Source: Fistulifera solaris
Taxonomy: Eukaryota
Length of the DNA: 64,000 bases
Assembly (NCBI GenBank): GCA_030295235.1
Contig: AP026146.1
Span: 124,001-188,000, forward strand
Reading direction: 5' to 3'
The notes below the pieces were generated by a model. It was given only the letters and a program-made list of their open reading frames with translations, was not told the DNA's origin and ran no database searches. Positions 13,040 through 27,362 of this stretch are shown piece by piece (position 1 is the stretch's first letter; the number at the start of each line of letters is the position of its first letter). The position numbers were made by a program, and so were the translations under genes.

Positions 13040-14615
13040 TCATACCGATTCATCTTTGGCCACCAAAGGTCGCGTATCCTCTAATTTACTTGGTGGCGAT
13101 GCCTGATGTGAGGCACCCAGATGCAATTCCCTTCGTTTCATTAAAACGATTTGTAGAACTGCCGCAGCCGCCAGCATCGTGGCGTTCAAGCAAAATGATG
13201 TTGTAGGTGTCAGATCCGTCAACAGACTAAACAAGACGATGAAGTTCAGCGGAATACGGTAAAGATTATAAATCGCCGCCCGCATCGATTCAGGAACAAT
13301 GGACCCTTTCATGGTACCCATGATGGGCCAATACATGCCCACGGTCGTTTCGAAGACATTCATGGCCAAGAATTTCAAAGTATTGCTAGGACTGATCGCC
13401 ACTAGTGCCATGGAGACCGACGCGACGGCGAAGCAAAGTACACCAAGCTGTTCTCCTTTGATTTTATCGCTCAAGATACTGTAAATGCTGGATCCTGCCA
13501 TACAACAAACCATGAACGTACTAAAGATGAGTCCAAAAGGCAATTCCGTGTCATCGTCATCACCGGATGTCAACGCAGGAGTCCACATGAAGACAAAAAC
13601 CTGTAGAAATGCACCCGCAAGCACGTTAAGTGACAACCGTACGTTTCGCACCGAGTCTACCTTTTGCGAAAGCACTTACATACATGCTTCCCTCAAAGAG
13701 ACTGCTGATAATTCCACACAACAAAATGTCGGTACTTCGAATCGTAGTGGTAAGTGCATTTTTCAATCCGTCGTGCCATTGTGCTTTCTCCGTGACTTCT
13801 CCTCCTTCCTTGGCACTATCCGTGTCGCCATAGTTTTCTTCCCACGTCGTAGCCGCCAAAGAGCCACATCCGACCAAAGCAGCCAAAGCTAAATCGAACG
13901 GAGTCAAGTAACCACCAATAAAGACACCTTCTCGGAATCCGACCATGGGCATGGTCGCCGAGGCCGCTTTGTTGGCCAGTAAGCCCGCCATAATGGCCAC
14001 CAAAGAGTTACCAAAGACGGCCCAACTAAACGACTTTCCCAAATACTGCTTTAGCTGCGAATCACTATGCGCACGAATCAGCCATGCATCAAAGACGGAA
14101 AAGAGCAAGCTTGTGGCGACACCTCCCAGCAATCGTCCTAACATGAGTATATAAAAGCTTTTAAAGTCTGTAATGATGATGTCAGTGTCGGGCTCTCCAG
14201 TCTCTTTCTCTCTCTCTCGCAGACACAACTTACGCTTGGTAAAACAGGAAGCCGCATATACGAGTGCAAAAATGACGACAAAAGCTCGGCGACCACCCCA
14301 GTCGGCCATCCCCCCAATGAAACTCCCAAAAACCATGGAAGACCCAAAGCCCGCCACAAAGAGAATCGCAATACTGTGTTGCGAATACCCATAGTCGGCG
14401 TACAAGGCATACACGTACGGTCCTTGTAACCAATCTGACAACGTCGCTAACAAATAGACGGGCAAGTATTTGCGCAAGAGCGTCTTCCATTTCGCGAGTT
14501 CCGCCGGGTCGGTCGAAGGGGCGCTCGTGCTTGATTTCCACAGGCCGCTCGATCGCAACGTGATAGCCGCGTTCCACAGCACAAAAACAATGAAAATGAG
14601 CGTAAAGTTCGTCAT
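13040..14615 (-). CDS. MFSD5: MFS molybdate-anion transporter MOT2/MFSD5-like (introns 14168-14233, 13601-13679)
   Basis: SDWLQGPYVYALY, GRLLGGVATSLLFSVF, SLFEGSMY-VFVFMWTP and IYNLYRIPLN motifs; about 12 TM helices. Confidence 0.9.
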
Positions 14616-15025
14616 TCTGAAAGGCGATCAACAAAGGGCATCCACAAATAGAGAATGGCAATGATATTATATCTTTGGGGTGTTTTTCTCTTTGTCGAAA
14701 ACGGATGAGAGACATTTTGTTGCGTGACAAACCGGCTTTAATGTCGTTACGGTTTTCCTAATGACCGTAGCGGTGCCTTTCGTCACTGGGACACGTCAGG
14801 AAGGCTGCACTGAAGACCTTGAAGTAGGTTGCAAACACGTTGCGACATTATGGGAAAGTCGACCACGTTTGCACGCGAAGACTGACGATTTTCTTGACGT
14901 GTTATTGCTCGCATTATTTCTCATTCCGATGCATCTCATTGCAAAGAAAGGAGAAAGAGACACTACAAAAATCATTTGTGTCATCGTGTTAAACAGCCTT
15001 CTTATTCATCATTAAGTTAGCCATC

Positions 15026-16161
15026 ATGAAACCGCAGGCCTTCATCTTGTCTCTCTTACTTTCGAGCCATGAGGCTTTCATCGTTCCCATGACGAAAACG
15101 ACGAAAACGACGAAATCCGTTCTTTCGTTAGCGTCTCAAGAGCCAAGTATTGAAGCCTTGCGCGAAGCTGCCGCGAAAGCTCGACAAGAAGCGGAACGGT
15201 TGCGTCAGGTAAATCTTTCTTTGGAGATGGAGCACGTTTTAGTGGCTCCGTTCACTGACCCGGTCGTTTTCTTTAGGAACTAGGGCAATCGACACCAACC
15301 AGTAAACCAGCCGCACCCAAAATTGTACCCAAACCTACCGTCATGGATGTAGCCTTTGCGGAAGATCAAACTTTTGAAAAATATGGTTCGGCAAACTTAA
15401 GAACATTCCCCGTCGGGTTACCCATGTTGCAATCGCGTCTCAACATTACTGCCGCACAATTGGGGTTGGCCGAATCCGACGAAGATGTCAATTTGGATGA
15501 TTTTAAGTACGCCACCCTGTTTGTGACGGGTGGTTGCACCCTGACCGGGATTGCCAGTTTGGCGTTTTTGCCTCCGAATGTGGGAGCGACCGTCTGTTAC
15601 CTGGTGGCATTGATTCCTGTATTGTTCTTGGCCGTCGGGTCGACCGCGCCCGCGGCAATTGCCGGTGCCATAAAGACGGTCAAAGGACAAGGAGGAGATC
15701 GTGACAGTATATCGGCACAAGAGCGTATGCTACGACACGAAGCGGCTCATTTCTGTTGTGGATATTGGTGTGGGTTGCCGGTGCAAGAGTACCGTGTGGA
15801 TGACGGGGACATGTGTGTGGAATTCAGTGTGGCTCCGGGAACGGAACGAGGTGAATACACGCCCACCCAAGTCGCTGCCTTGACCGTTACAGCACTTTCG
15901 GGTGTCCTTGGAGAGGCCTTGACGTTTGGTTCGGTCATTCCCGGCAGTGCCACACAGGATTTGTTGCAACTGGAACAACAGGTTTTTCGTCGGTCGGAGA
16001 ACTTTTTGGGTGCCGTGGCGCAACAAGATTTGACGCGGTGGGGGGCTTTGACGGCGGGGTTGTTGTTGCGGCAAAACAAGGAGGCGTACGAGAAGATCGT
16101 CCGGGCGATGGAACGAAAAGCTTCACTGCGAGAGTGTATAGAATTGTTGGAGAGCTCTTAG
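15026..16161 (+). CDS. Plastid-targeted membrane protein with an FtsH/M41-like HEAxH domain (intron 15209-15276)
   Basis: Signal peptide plus AF cleavage motif, two TM helices, RHEAAHFCCGY; no AAA domain. Confidence 0.7.
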
Positions 16162-16516
16162 ACAGATGATTGTGTCGAACGTAATAACAGATAGAATTTA
16201 CTTGTACTCGTTCAAAGCGAACGGGAACCAGGCCGCTATCTTGTGGTAAAGCAACTGTGACAACCAACTCAAATAGGACTACTTGGCTCATTTCCCATCT
16301 TTGCCATTTGTCTAAGCTCGTCTAAAATAACGTACAAAATAGAGACTAGAGTCTAGACTTTTGAGAAACACATTTTATAATTTCACGACGACAGTTAAGA
16401 TCATTTATTGGTGGAAGACGTTGTAGCAACACAAATAAAAGAAACCAAACAAGAATAAAAAGAAACAATTCATACGATAATGGACGAGTTGTGCTAAGTA
16501 TGGGTGTTCCATGTAC

Positions 16517-18185
16517 TTAGCGGATGGAGAAGCGAGAACTGAACGAAGGGGGAAGGAAGGAAGGGTCCCACAATAGAACGCGGCCGAGAAGGATCTGGGA
16601 CTATATCGACTTTCCAAGTGCACAACAATTCATCAGCCAAGCGATGCGAGCAGTGTACCGTCGGGGCTCATTTCCATTGACAAAATACGGCTTTTGTGAC
16701 GGCGCATAGTTTGCATCTGATCCATTTTGGGAAAGCTCCAAGCGACAATAGCGTTCATTGAGGTATTCGTTGCGCTCGCATAGCCATGACCGGAATACAA
16801 CTCTTGATGGTGCTGACCCCATATCAACGAGCACACTTGACTTCCGGTTGACACACTCTTTAACAGACTACCCGAGCATGTATTCCAGAGTTTGATACAT
16901 CCATCTGCCGTCCCTCCGCCACTGGCGAGCACATCGCGTCGATAGGGACACCACGCCAATCCCTTGACAGCACCTGTGTGTGACTGCAGAACACGCCGAG
17001 GACCACGGCCAAAATCCACGCTCCGGCCGTCATGGATGCATCCCAAAGATGTACCATATTGTCGTTCGACCGCTGGCAAGACACGTGCCGTCGTGGTTCC
17101 ATGCTAGATTGCAAACAGACGACGCATGACCTACTCCAGACTGTTCCATCGTCAGCACGGTCTCGCATCCACTCGCGCAAGTCCAGATTCCCAATCTTAC
17201 CATTCGCATAACCCGCAGTCAACCACTGCCGAGAATCATTCCAGCACACGGTGCGCATTGTAGTGTTTCGACAGCCCATGTTGGTCCGCTAACACCTCTT
17301 TGTCGCAAGTCGTGTCGAACACTCTAACGTATCCGACGCCGTTCGCGACAGCAAGGTGATGTGCGTTACCGTCGAAAGTGCACCATTTCACGGAACGGAT
17401 GTGGTTTGAAAGGCCTCTTTGGTCTATAGGTGTAGTACCAGCACCTTTTAGTTCGTGCACAGCACGGGTAGACATGTTGACGAGGTACACGGACGCCTTC
17501 GCCACAGCAAGAACGTTGTCCTTGCTCCAGCTGATATGGTGGGTGTAATAATCATTCACAATACCCGGAGCTTGGAAAGTCTTCTCCGGATGGCAGCTTA
17601 TCGTTCGCTTGCTCGGGGCAACGCTGATCTTTCGATCAAAAGTATCAACGCCGCAGCTGGATGCGCGCAAAAAGTCCATGGCGAAGGGTCCGCAGCAACG
17701 ATAGGACGGCGATTGTGAGTCTTGGAGGACGAAACGCTACCATATTGTAACATGGACTTCATTTGCACCTCATCATCAAGATCACTTGTCGGAACATTGC
17801 ATAACGTACTCAGCAAATGCCTATCGTAAGCAAGTTTTGTCGAACGGGCTGCGGAAGGAGGACCAGCGCAAGCATCACTTGACGATGATTCACGAGGTTT
17901 CGACGCAGAACTCAGCTTTCGACGACACAAGTCCATGTGCATGCGACCACGACACGGAATGAAGCGATCCAGATCTTCACGAACGCCACTTTGAGGCGTC
18001 AACAAACGGCGACGATGATGAGCACTCGAGCGCATGCGAGGAACTGGAGTTTTGATCGTACTAGGAGGGTGAGGCGCGGCTGTCTGCGCCATTCCACGAT
18101 AACCAGGATGATCAGGAGTCATTTGGTGATGATGCAAAAGCATATCAGAGGAGATAACGTTGTTTTGAAAGCAAGAAGACACCAT
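16517..18185 (-). CDS. CDC20: CDC20-like copy B with a divergent WD40 domain (several frameshifts)
   Basis: C-box DRFIPCR; FQAPGIVNDYY, HTGAVKGLAWCP, ASGGGTAD and SQVCSL; ends SRFSIR-stop at 16517. Confidence 0.85.
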
Positions 18186-18559
18186 GGTGTGATAATTGGT
18201 TCAAAGCAAAAATTGTGCGAAAACACTTGCTGCGGTACAATTTTGTACGTGATTCTGAGTACCGAGAATCATGTATGTAGCTTTTGTACTGACAGGTACG
18301 TGCCTTTATTCGATTTCTTATACGATATACGATACAAAGTGTATTCCAACGTATGGGTACTGTATATTGTTGTTTTACTCGCAGACTGTGTGAAGAAATC
18401 GCTGCGTTGAAAGATAAGTCACCATGGAGGTCAATTCTGGGTCCCTTCGAAGCTCGCAGGCCTCCTATTTGTTGCTTATGTAGCGTTTACTTACACTGGT
18501 GTCTGTTTTGGTGCTTTTCAGGTATACAAAAGCACAATTCATTGCAAGTTTTGAACGTC

Positions 18560-19760
18560 CGCAACAAGTAAGCAAACCAACAACAGCAAAGATCAAGTAG
18601 TCAGAAAGCACAGATTCTACGTTTCGTCATGAAGCTATGTCGGCATTGGTTTATCTAGCTAGTGAAGTGATGAAAATAAAAGAGAAAATTTGTGTGAATC
18701 ACGGGCTTTTCTGGAAATCGAAACAGCGTCTTCTTACGAGCATCCTGTTTCCTTGCGTTTGGCGAGAAATGAAAGTCATTGCAGGTTCAGGATCTTTCCA
18801 GCGTCCGTTGCGGTGACTTTCCTATCACTGACTCGCTCATAGACGTTTGTGAGAAGATCTTACGAGAGCAGTGGATCGACGTGAGTGGCTTTCTAAGAGG
18901 CGTCGCAATTCCACGTGCACCTGCTTGTCGTCATCATCGTCGCGGTACCGGTACCCACGCTGCTGCAGCTTCAGTTGGCACACTTGAAACTGCAGCAATT
19001 GCTGATGCTACGGCTATGACTAAGGCGTTTCGCAAACGTTTGTATTCGGTTGTAAATGAGTACGATACTGCTGCAAAGAGGAGCCGGAAAAGGGTCGAAG
19101 GGAGCTCAAGTCATAACAAATCATCCGCAGCCACTTTGTGCATTACCAGCCCGCGATTCTCGCCATTTCTTTTTTGATCAGATACCGGTATTTTTGCTGC
19201 AAATGGCGGTAAGGGTGTACAGTTGCAGAAATGGCAGATTGACAAGCTGGTGGATTGGATGAAGTACAACGATTCCAGTTCCTCTCCCAGTTGGGCTGCG
19301 CTTGATGAGCTAGTCAAGAGCATTGACATAAATCCCTCTCAGATAGTCACCTGTACCTCAGAACTAGGAGGACGCATTGCGAAGCTTCGAAATGTTGGTC
19401 TTGATGCTAGAGTTACTAAGGAAGTCATTTGTATTGACAAGGATGAGGACGAGGACCGTGTTCCGGAGTTCGCTGATGACGTCGATGCTTATGACGACGG
19501 TCTCAATGCAAATGCCAATGCTGGACAGGTTGCTCTAAAAACTCAGAGCACGGAACAAGAGGAAACAGAAGCTCATCTATTGCAAGGTGAAAACAGCTCC
19601 TTGGAATCGTTGGTTCTTGAGTATGGACGTTCGGGTTCGTCTCACAGCCTCCAAGCGTGGTGCCTAGCTCAAGGTTTTGATGACAAACTTCGAAGAGGAT
19701 GAGCTGTTTGCAGAGCTTTTGCCACCACTGGATGGTGAAAACGTTAAAGAACGCGAAGGT
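18560..19760 (+). pseudogene. Broken unknown ORF divergent from CDC20 copy B; deleted homologues lie upstream of copies A and C
   Basis: ORFs 18779-19177 and 19223-19702 look protein-like; about 19610-19760 aligns by eye with the reverse complement of about 2810-2980. Confidence 0.35.
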
Positions 19761-20295
19761 CATTGTGGGATTCCATTGAACCGTGTCAGATCCGTTTGTT
19801 TGCTCTCCTTGACTAGTTGCAATCTTCTCTCTGCGCTGGTTGTTGGCGCCCTTTATTTCTCTGAATCCCGTTCTATATTAAGCTGAAGCTTCTGGGTTTT
19901 GTTTGTTGTTGCCTTTCATGGTTTGCCGCGTCTTGGGGTTTGAATCGTTTTCCATTTTCTCATTAGCAAATTGTTCCATTCTGATCCCGACTATTGTGAA
20001 TTCCTGCTTCCTCAATTTTTTTCTTTCATCATCTCCAAGCAATTGAATCAAAATGTGTTTCGTTTGTACACTACTATTAGTGTAAATTTTTATTCTAGAG
20101 GTGACACTTACTTTTCTGCGTTGGCCAATCTGAACAGATAGCGCAAAGCTTTCGATCTACAACGGATTGTACTTGTCGTGCCAAAATTCATCGACTAGTC
20201 CCTATTGACTAATAGGTTATTTGAATGTATTCGATTCAGTAGTTTCATTTTCTTTAATTCTGTATGTTTACGACGCAAAGCCGACGAGCTACAAC

Positions 20296-21554
20296 TCAAT
20301 CTTCCTGCATGGCCTGCAACAGCGTTTCGTAATCGGCAACACATTGATCGTAGGCATGCGCACAAAAGTCTTTACGGGATTCCAATCCACCGACACTTTC
20401 AAGTTCTTGACCCATATGGATACCGACGGGCACATAGCGCACATTGCGCTGTTCCCCGGTACCGGCCTCAACGTAATCCGGAGGTGGACACAAGTCGTAG
20501 GAAACCATGGCCAGGGTATAGTAATGTGTGGGTACACCCGATTTATTGCCCATCAATCGGAACATATCAATGGTTTTACTATCAAAGGGCGCGCACGGCA
20601 CTTCTCCCGTCGAAGTGTCCCGACGATCCCGGCCTCCCGAAGGTGCTACCCACAACAGAGTTCCTCCTTCCTTGAAGGATTTGAGCATGGCACTCATGGC
20701 TTTCAAGTTTTGTTTCTGTTTCAACGGCTTTGTTTCCGCATCAGCATTGATGTGTTTTTTGGAATGAATGCAAATGAGATTGCGTCCCATGGAAAAGGGA
20801 ATGGCCAAAGCATCGGTCGTGACCTTGTGTCCCGCAACGTAGACCATGTCGGCCGCCTGTTTAGCATATCCGGCCAATTCCAAACACACCGACACGACTT
20901 GTGGATCTGCTTCCGATTGATGATTCGCCAGCAGTACTACATTTTCACCGCGTTCCAATTGCTCCATGGCTTGCTGTAAATTGTCTTTTCCCAAAACTTG
21001 CGATTTCTTCAAATTCATGACGGGCCGAAAGAAATCACAACCAAACGCGTAATAATCTACCGTATTCCCATTTTCGAGCTCCGGATCTTGACCTCGCAAT
21101 GCCGTATGTGACACATCAAATTGGTACTTGTTGGGACCCATACCAAATTGGAAGCCGTATTGAATGGCGGTCAAAATGCGCTGTACGACTTGTTGCGGAT
21201 GACAAACTTCGGTTTGTCCATCGAGAAATGCTTTTGACTGGCCGTCATGTATTCTTGCAAAAAATGTTGCAATAAGGGAAGCATTTGACTCGAAGAAGAA
21301 GAAGACGATAATTTGGCCTTCATTTCGGGAGAAATGCTTTGCATCAATTTCGTTTGTGCCATTTCCAGAGCTTGTGCAAATTCGGGGAGTAAGGCTTCTT
21401 CTGCTGTTGTAGCAGTAGTCGAGATATCTTCTTCGACGGAAGCCATGTGGCGGTAGGAAGTGGCCATGCGTGATGACGAGGGGACCCAAGCCAAGGCGGA
21501 AGGGAATAGGAGTGTCATGACGAGGACGACGAAGAAGTAGCGAAAGGCAATCAT
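20296..21554 (-). CDS. ATS1: Plastid glycerol-3-phosphate acyltransferase (one frameshift near 21230)
   Basis: Bipartite leader (ALAWVP); NVVLLANHQSEADP (HX4D), PFSMGRNLICIHSKKH, WVAPSGGRDR. Confidence 0.93.
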
Positions 21555-21946
21555 GTTTCAATGATATTGTTGGGTGAATACTTTGGATTCCGAAAGAACG
21601 AATGAATAGTGCCGTTGACAAGTAGATTGTCTAGTCTATCTATTCTAATGGTTTGTTTCCGTTTGATTTCGTTCTCTTCTTCTGAATGAGAAATGAAGAA
21701 AACGACGGAGAAGGAGAAGGAGGAAAAAAAAAAGGTCGATGGACGCCATCATTCGCACGACGTAAGCAAAAAAAAGGACGATTGCGTGTCTCGGTGGTGA
21801 ATGTCGTTTCGATATCCTGTACTGGTCGAAGAGTACTAGGGACAAAAGTACGTATTCACGTCCGTCCGTCTATACCATTCGTCTGTCAGTTCGTCGCAAG
21901 ACCGAACGTCATTCGTCCTATTTTGTTGGTTTGTTCAAATTGTTTG

Positions 21947-22338
21947 TGTTGAAACCACAATTTCAGCAACGATAATCACGTCCAATCAAGACAGCAATAG
22001 ATATCGTTCAAAAAACCGAGTAAAGATAACTTTCGTTTTACTTTAGATTCGCGAAACAACAATGAGCATTTCATCCTCGTCTCGTGCGATGGCCGCTTGC
22101 ATCTGCACACGGCGAGACTGACGTATTCCTCATCGTGTGGTTCCGAATCGCTATATTAACTAGTTCCCCTTCATGTCCCTTACGTTTGCCAAATTCGTGG
22201 TCACGACGGTTCAATTTCTTTTCGTATCGATGGCTGAGACGGAATTCTTTCAAAGTTCCGTGCGTCATCCGTGGGTGCACGTTTCGTCCGTCATGTCTCC
22301 GACGCCGGACGACTTTCCAGCCGTCTTCATTTCCAACA
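21947..22338 (-). repeat. 3' LTR of element 2
   Basis: TGTTG...CAACA ends; direct repeat of 27363-27754. Confidence 0.95.
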
Positions 22339-22422
22339 CACTCCTGTGAACCGTCGAGACAAAGAATCGTATCTTTCGTGTCACCTTTCGGCGGTGTCAC
22401 CGACGCCGGCAAATCCTCCTCT

Positions 22423-25400
22423 TCAAGACCGACGTTTGGTAAATTCATTACGCGCTGTCTCATCTTTCGGAACAAGCTTCCCTGCAACGGCTTCGTAAAA
22501 AAAATCCGCAAGCATTTCAGTTGTAGGGCAATACTCGACGCGAAGCTCCTTTCTCTTGATTCTGTCTGTCACAAAGAAATAGCGAATGTCGATGTGTCGA
22601 CTTCTTCTTCCGCTCGATGCCCTTCCGTTCCTTTCAAGCAAAATGGCGCTCTGGTTGTCCTGATAGACAACGTTGTCTGTCAGCCTCATACCCTGTGCTT
22701 CCAAAAAATTCCGAGTCCAAGTGATCAAGTGCATTCCGTCGTCAACGCCAACAAGCTCTGCTTCAGTCGAACTCTTCGTGTTAATTTTCTGTCGTGTCGA
22801 TCCGGAGATCGCGGACCCCTTCCCAAGTGACATGGTTACTCCAGTGTGACTTCGCATGTCATGGTGGACGGCAAAAGATGCATCAATCCACCATTGAATT
22901 CTGCAACAATCAGCCATTTCGAGGGTCAAAGGGAGTTTTGGTTCGCTCCGCAAATACCGAATGCATCGTGCCAATTTCTTCCAGTCGTCCACGTCCGGTT
23001 GTTTCACTCGTGTGGTCAAAAAGGCAACCGCTGTTTGTATGTCGATTCGCACCCGCTTGCAAAGATAAAGAAGTTTTGCAGTGAACCGATGAAACAGGTC
23101 CGCCTTCTCTGGTGGTAATTTCTCGGCCTCCGCATTGATTGTGAACAAATTTGCTGTTGCAGGGGTCACTGATATTCCATCAAAGTCGCTGGGAGCCTCG
23201 TTCAGCAGGTTTTCCACGTAATCATCCATTTTGAACTGCACCTTTCCGTCTTGTGAAAAATCCAGTGTCATGCCCAAATAATCATGAACATCTCCGCGTG
23301 TGGCGGTAACTGGTGCTTCGAGAGTCCCATACTTGTCATTGAACTTCGCTGCAATGTTGTCAAGCACTTCTTGGTCAGCGTGGGATATTTTCAAATCATC
23401 TACGTGCCAGCATATTGTGCATTGTTTTCCGTTTATCACTTTGTTCGCCACGCAACTGTCGTACTGGTTAATGACAAACCCCAGCTCATCAACCAGGAAT
23501 GATGAAATGTTTTTATAAAACAACAAAGCTGCTTGAAGCGTACCATACAGTGCCTTGGTCAGCTCCACATAAATCACGGGCTTTCCATTTTCAGTCACGA
23601 TGAATTTGCGGTACTTTTCCGGGTTCACTCGGGCAAGCAGTTCTGCCAAGGCTCCTTCCATCTTCATGTGTATCAATTCATCCATCTTGGAGTGCATGAA
23701 CGCACCCGGAATGTCAAGGGTCATTATTCGGCGTCTCTCAGAAGCATCAATCAGTGCCGTAAGGAACACTGACTCTGTTATTACAGTTGGCGAAGTTGTT
23801 TCTTGCTTGCTCTTGTAAAGTCGTTGGGGACGTCCATCAGCACATCCACGAGCCTTGATGCGACCACAGCGTTTCTGTTTCAGGTACATTAAGTATCGGA
23901 GCGCTTTTTTTAGTTGCTCTCTGCTTAAAGATTTCTTCTCTCGTGGTGCAATTGCATCCATGCGATCCAGTTGTCTCATTTCATCAACCACAGAGTCGGC
24001 GCCTTTCTTCCCAAAAACCTTGAGCCCGCGGTTGAGGGGCATCTGTTCAGTCAGAAACAATGATTCTGTCACAGCATCCATACTCTCTTTTAACGCGACT
24101 GGGTCTTGATCAGCCAGATATGCGTGGAGATGATCATAGCTCCAGCGGTTTTCTCGGTCGAAGGTTGATCCCATGGTTCCGCGGACCATATCTTACGTCC
24201 ATTCCAGCGATGATTCGTTCAGCTTCACTCATGTCTGGCCCTTCACCTACTGATTTGGCTTGGGACTCGTCCTCTCCCACTCCTGTGCTTCCGTGAGAGT
24301 CATGGTCGTCCCCCACTCCTGTAATTTCGGGCGGTTCATACTCCACTCCTGTATTTTCGACAGAGTCGTCTTCTGCTTGATCCATATCATCAGCGTTTTC
24401 TGCGGGATCTATGTCTGCAGGCTCAAAGTCTTGTGCGCCATCGATCTCTTCATCATTGTCTGGTTCGCTTTGATCGCTTTGATAACCATCGTTGGGCACT
24501 CCTGCGATGGCAAAAGGCTGAGCAAACGGTGCAGGATCATCATCAGGAGCAAAATCATCGGACGCGTAAGAGGCAGATGAATCGGATGCCGAGGAGGAGT
24601 CATCGTTGTCAGGTGAGTAATCGGAGTCGTGATCATCATCAATTTCGTCAGGGTGATCAGGAAATTCGATACCGAGGCGGTTTGCAAATGTGAGTGTCTT
24701 GGGCATTTTTTGTTTGGCACCGAGCTTGTTTACCCGGTCAATCACATCATTGGGCATGTTAAGTGGTGTCCAGTATTGTCGGTGAAGTCTGCGGCCAGTG
24801 GTCAGGGATAGAAAATAGTGTCCGCCTTGCTCATTCCCAGTAGGACCAAGGCAGATGGCCCCGGTGGTGCGAGGGCGCATGTCCGGGCGTATGGGCCTCA
24901 TGTGTTTGGACGTAACTGCCAAACTCGCATTGAATATGCTTTTTGGCCGCCGAGGTGTTTGCCAGTGAGTAGATACCGTGGTGATAGTGTGTTTGACACC
25001 CCGTCCTTGTGCGGGAAAGCGTTTAGCCAGAAGACAGCATTACCAACTAGACGTGCAAGCATGAGCCTCGTGGGATACGGGTAAATGGCAAGAGATTGTA
25101 TCCACATCGCGACGCGATCTTTTACAGTTCGAATGAACCTCTCAATTTCCGGTACGTGTTCATCGCGTGATGTGAGGTTGAACGTTATTTTAGGAAAGTC
25201 CACCTCCAGAGGAGCAAATTCAAGGTCGGCATTAATGACGGTGACTCTGAAGCCACGCCGTTCATACAGTTTGATGACATGAGAGAGTGCATTCGATACT
25301 GTGGGAATCTCTCGGTTGTCAAGATCTTCGGCCGTCCCAAAATGTAAGTTCGCGCGAGGTGGTCACAAGAAAAGGCACTTTGTTGATGTGTAAGATGTCG

Positions 25401-27153
25401 ATGCCCAGCACCACGTCTCTATACTGATCAATAATATCAGATGGGACTCCATTAATCTCACTCGAACTTCGTGGTGGTGTGCGTGAATGGTCTTTCCATA
25501 CAGTGATCCCAGATTTGGACCAAAGATGTCATTGGCTGCACGGATGTCATCTCTGGATACGTCAAGATTTTTTATGAGGTTGTGATCCACTATTTCTTCG
25601 TATTGGCGGTCGGCTTGGGTACATCATGATGTTCTGAATCTGGCGTGCACGGACGGCAGCATTGTATGCTCGCTCGTTGTATCCCCGACATCTTTTGGCG
25701 CCACTGTCGTCACCATTGCCCAATCGTAACCTCTGTCTGCAGAACTATCTACCGCGTATAGCCCTTTTGCTGTCGGTTTGAAGAGAAGGGTCCCATGTCC
25801 AAGTTTCACGTGGAAAGCATTGTCAACAGCACTGTCGTAGCTCACATGATAGTATTTTTGGACTACGAACAGGGATAAGATGTTTGCAATCCCGCTGAGG
25901 ATCATACCACACAGGCTCAGGGAACGAACCCAGATAGCCCTTTTGATTTGTCACACGGACTCCAGCATTACACCTTACTCGCATTGGCTGGTCCACTCTG
26001 TGAATACCATGCAACAGCTCCCCGCTGGAAATGAGGCACACTGTGGAGCAACTATCGAGAAGGAGCTGCGTCTTCGTTCCATTCCGTTGTGGTCAAGAAC
26101 TTGAAAGCATGAATCCAGCCTACCTACATAATCCATTGTATAGGCGGCAACTTCCTCACTATCATTATCCGCGCATTGTCTAGTAGGAACTGGGCATCAT
26201 CAGCTGACTCATCAGGTGCAGCGGGACCATTTCCACTGCTCCCATTGCTTTTACCTCCACTGCGACGCGACCGCGTCCACGTCCACCATTTGTTGCTGCT
26301 CGGTCACCACGTCCACGTCCGGTATTGCCCTCATTGTAGAAAGCAAGGCCACCTCCATCCTGCCGTCCGCGGTCTCTAGTACCCGATCGGTAGTTGACCA
26401 AGCAGTCGTAGGCAGCTCCGAGTGTCTGGGGGTACATTTGGGTCCCAAGCGTGAAGTTGTTCTCGATGCTGCGGAGTAGCTCACCATAGCGGTCTTGATC
26501 GCTGTTTACTAGGAAGCGGACAGCTAGGAACCGTTGTCGGATCTTACTCTTCGCTGCTGACAGTTCGGTTTCAGTTGGGTTTCCACCATCAGCTGCAGTC
26601 TCATCTAGCTCATCCTGAACCTTAGTCTGAGAATAGCCAACCTCTGTCCCTAGTCTCTCCAGGTTTGCCACGCACTCTCGGAATCTCTCATAGTATTCAT
26701 TGTTGGACATGTACCGGGTCTGCTTGCATTCCAATAGGCTGTTCTCGGCATTCACCCAGGAGTGGAATTCATACTGACGCGTCTGCCCGATTGTCATGCA
26801 GCTCCGAATGAGCTTCAGCAACTCAATCACATCGCTCATAGCACTAATTCTGTCCCAGCTCTCATGCGCCTCCATCCTGTTCCGCAGTGCTTGCGAACAT
26901 TGTCCTAACACCGCAGGAAACACCCGACTTGCGGCAGCCTCGCGCCGATTAAGCTTTTCAAGGTATGCATTCCGTGCCGTGCGCCATAACTCAAATTGGA
27001 CTCGATTATCAGAATCTATAGGCGGCTCAGGTTCAACCAGATCATCGGTAAGTTCTACCATTGCCACGCCGGTATTCTCCGGCATGAGGGTACTCCCTGC
27101 TGACAAATATGGCAAGTCGACGAGTTGTCTCTGTGTAAGTCTCTCTTCCTGAT
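22423..27153 (-). CDS. gag-pol of element 2 (frameshifted)
   Basis: gag (LGQCSQALR), protease LLDSCST, integrase HVPEIERFIRTVK, RT (KARGCADG, DIPGAF, WHVDDL), RNase H (IDASF, SSTEAEL, QDNQS, HIDIRY). Confidence 0.9.
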
Positions 27154-27362
27154 GTGACATCATACACGGCGCCCTCAAGTCCTTCGATTTAGCCTGTGAA
27201 TGTCCCTCCACGTCTGTTGGCCCGATTGCGGTTTCGATTGCGACGACCTTGGCCAGGCGGATTTTCATTTCCATCGCTTCGCGACTCGGTCTGGGGCTGC
27301 AGGCCCACCGCTGTTGCTCGACATGATTTTTTTTTAACAAAAAAGCTTTGTTGTTTCGCGAA

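Noticed and set aside
20180..20200. CTAG as a Helitron 3' end of the CDC20 cassette
   Set aside because: No convincing hairpin and no equivalent in copy A
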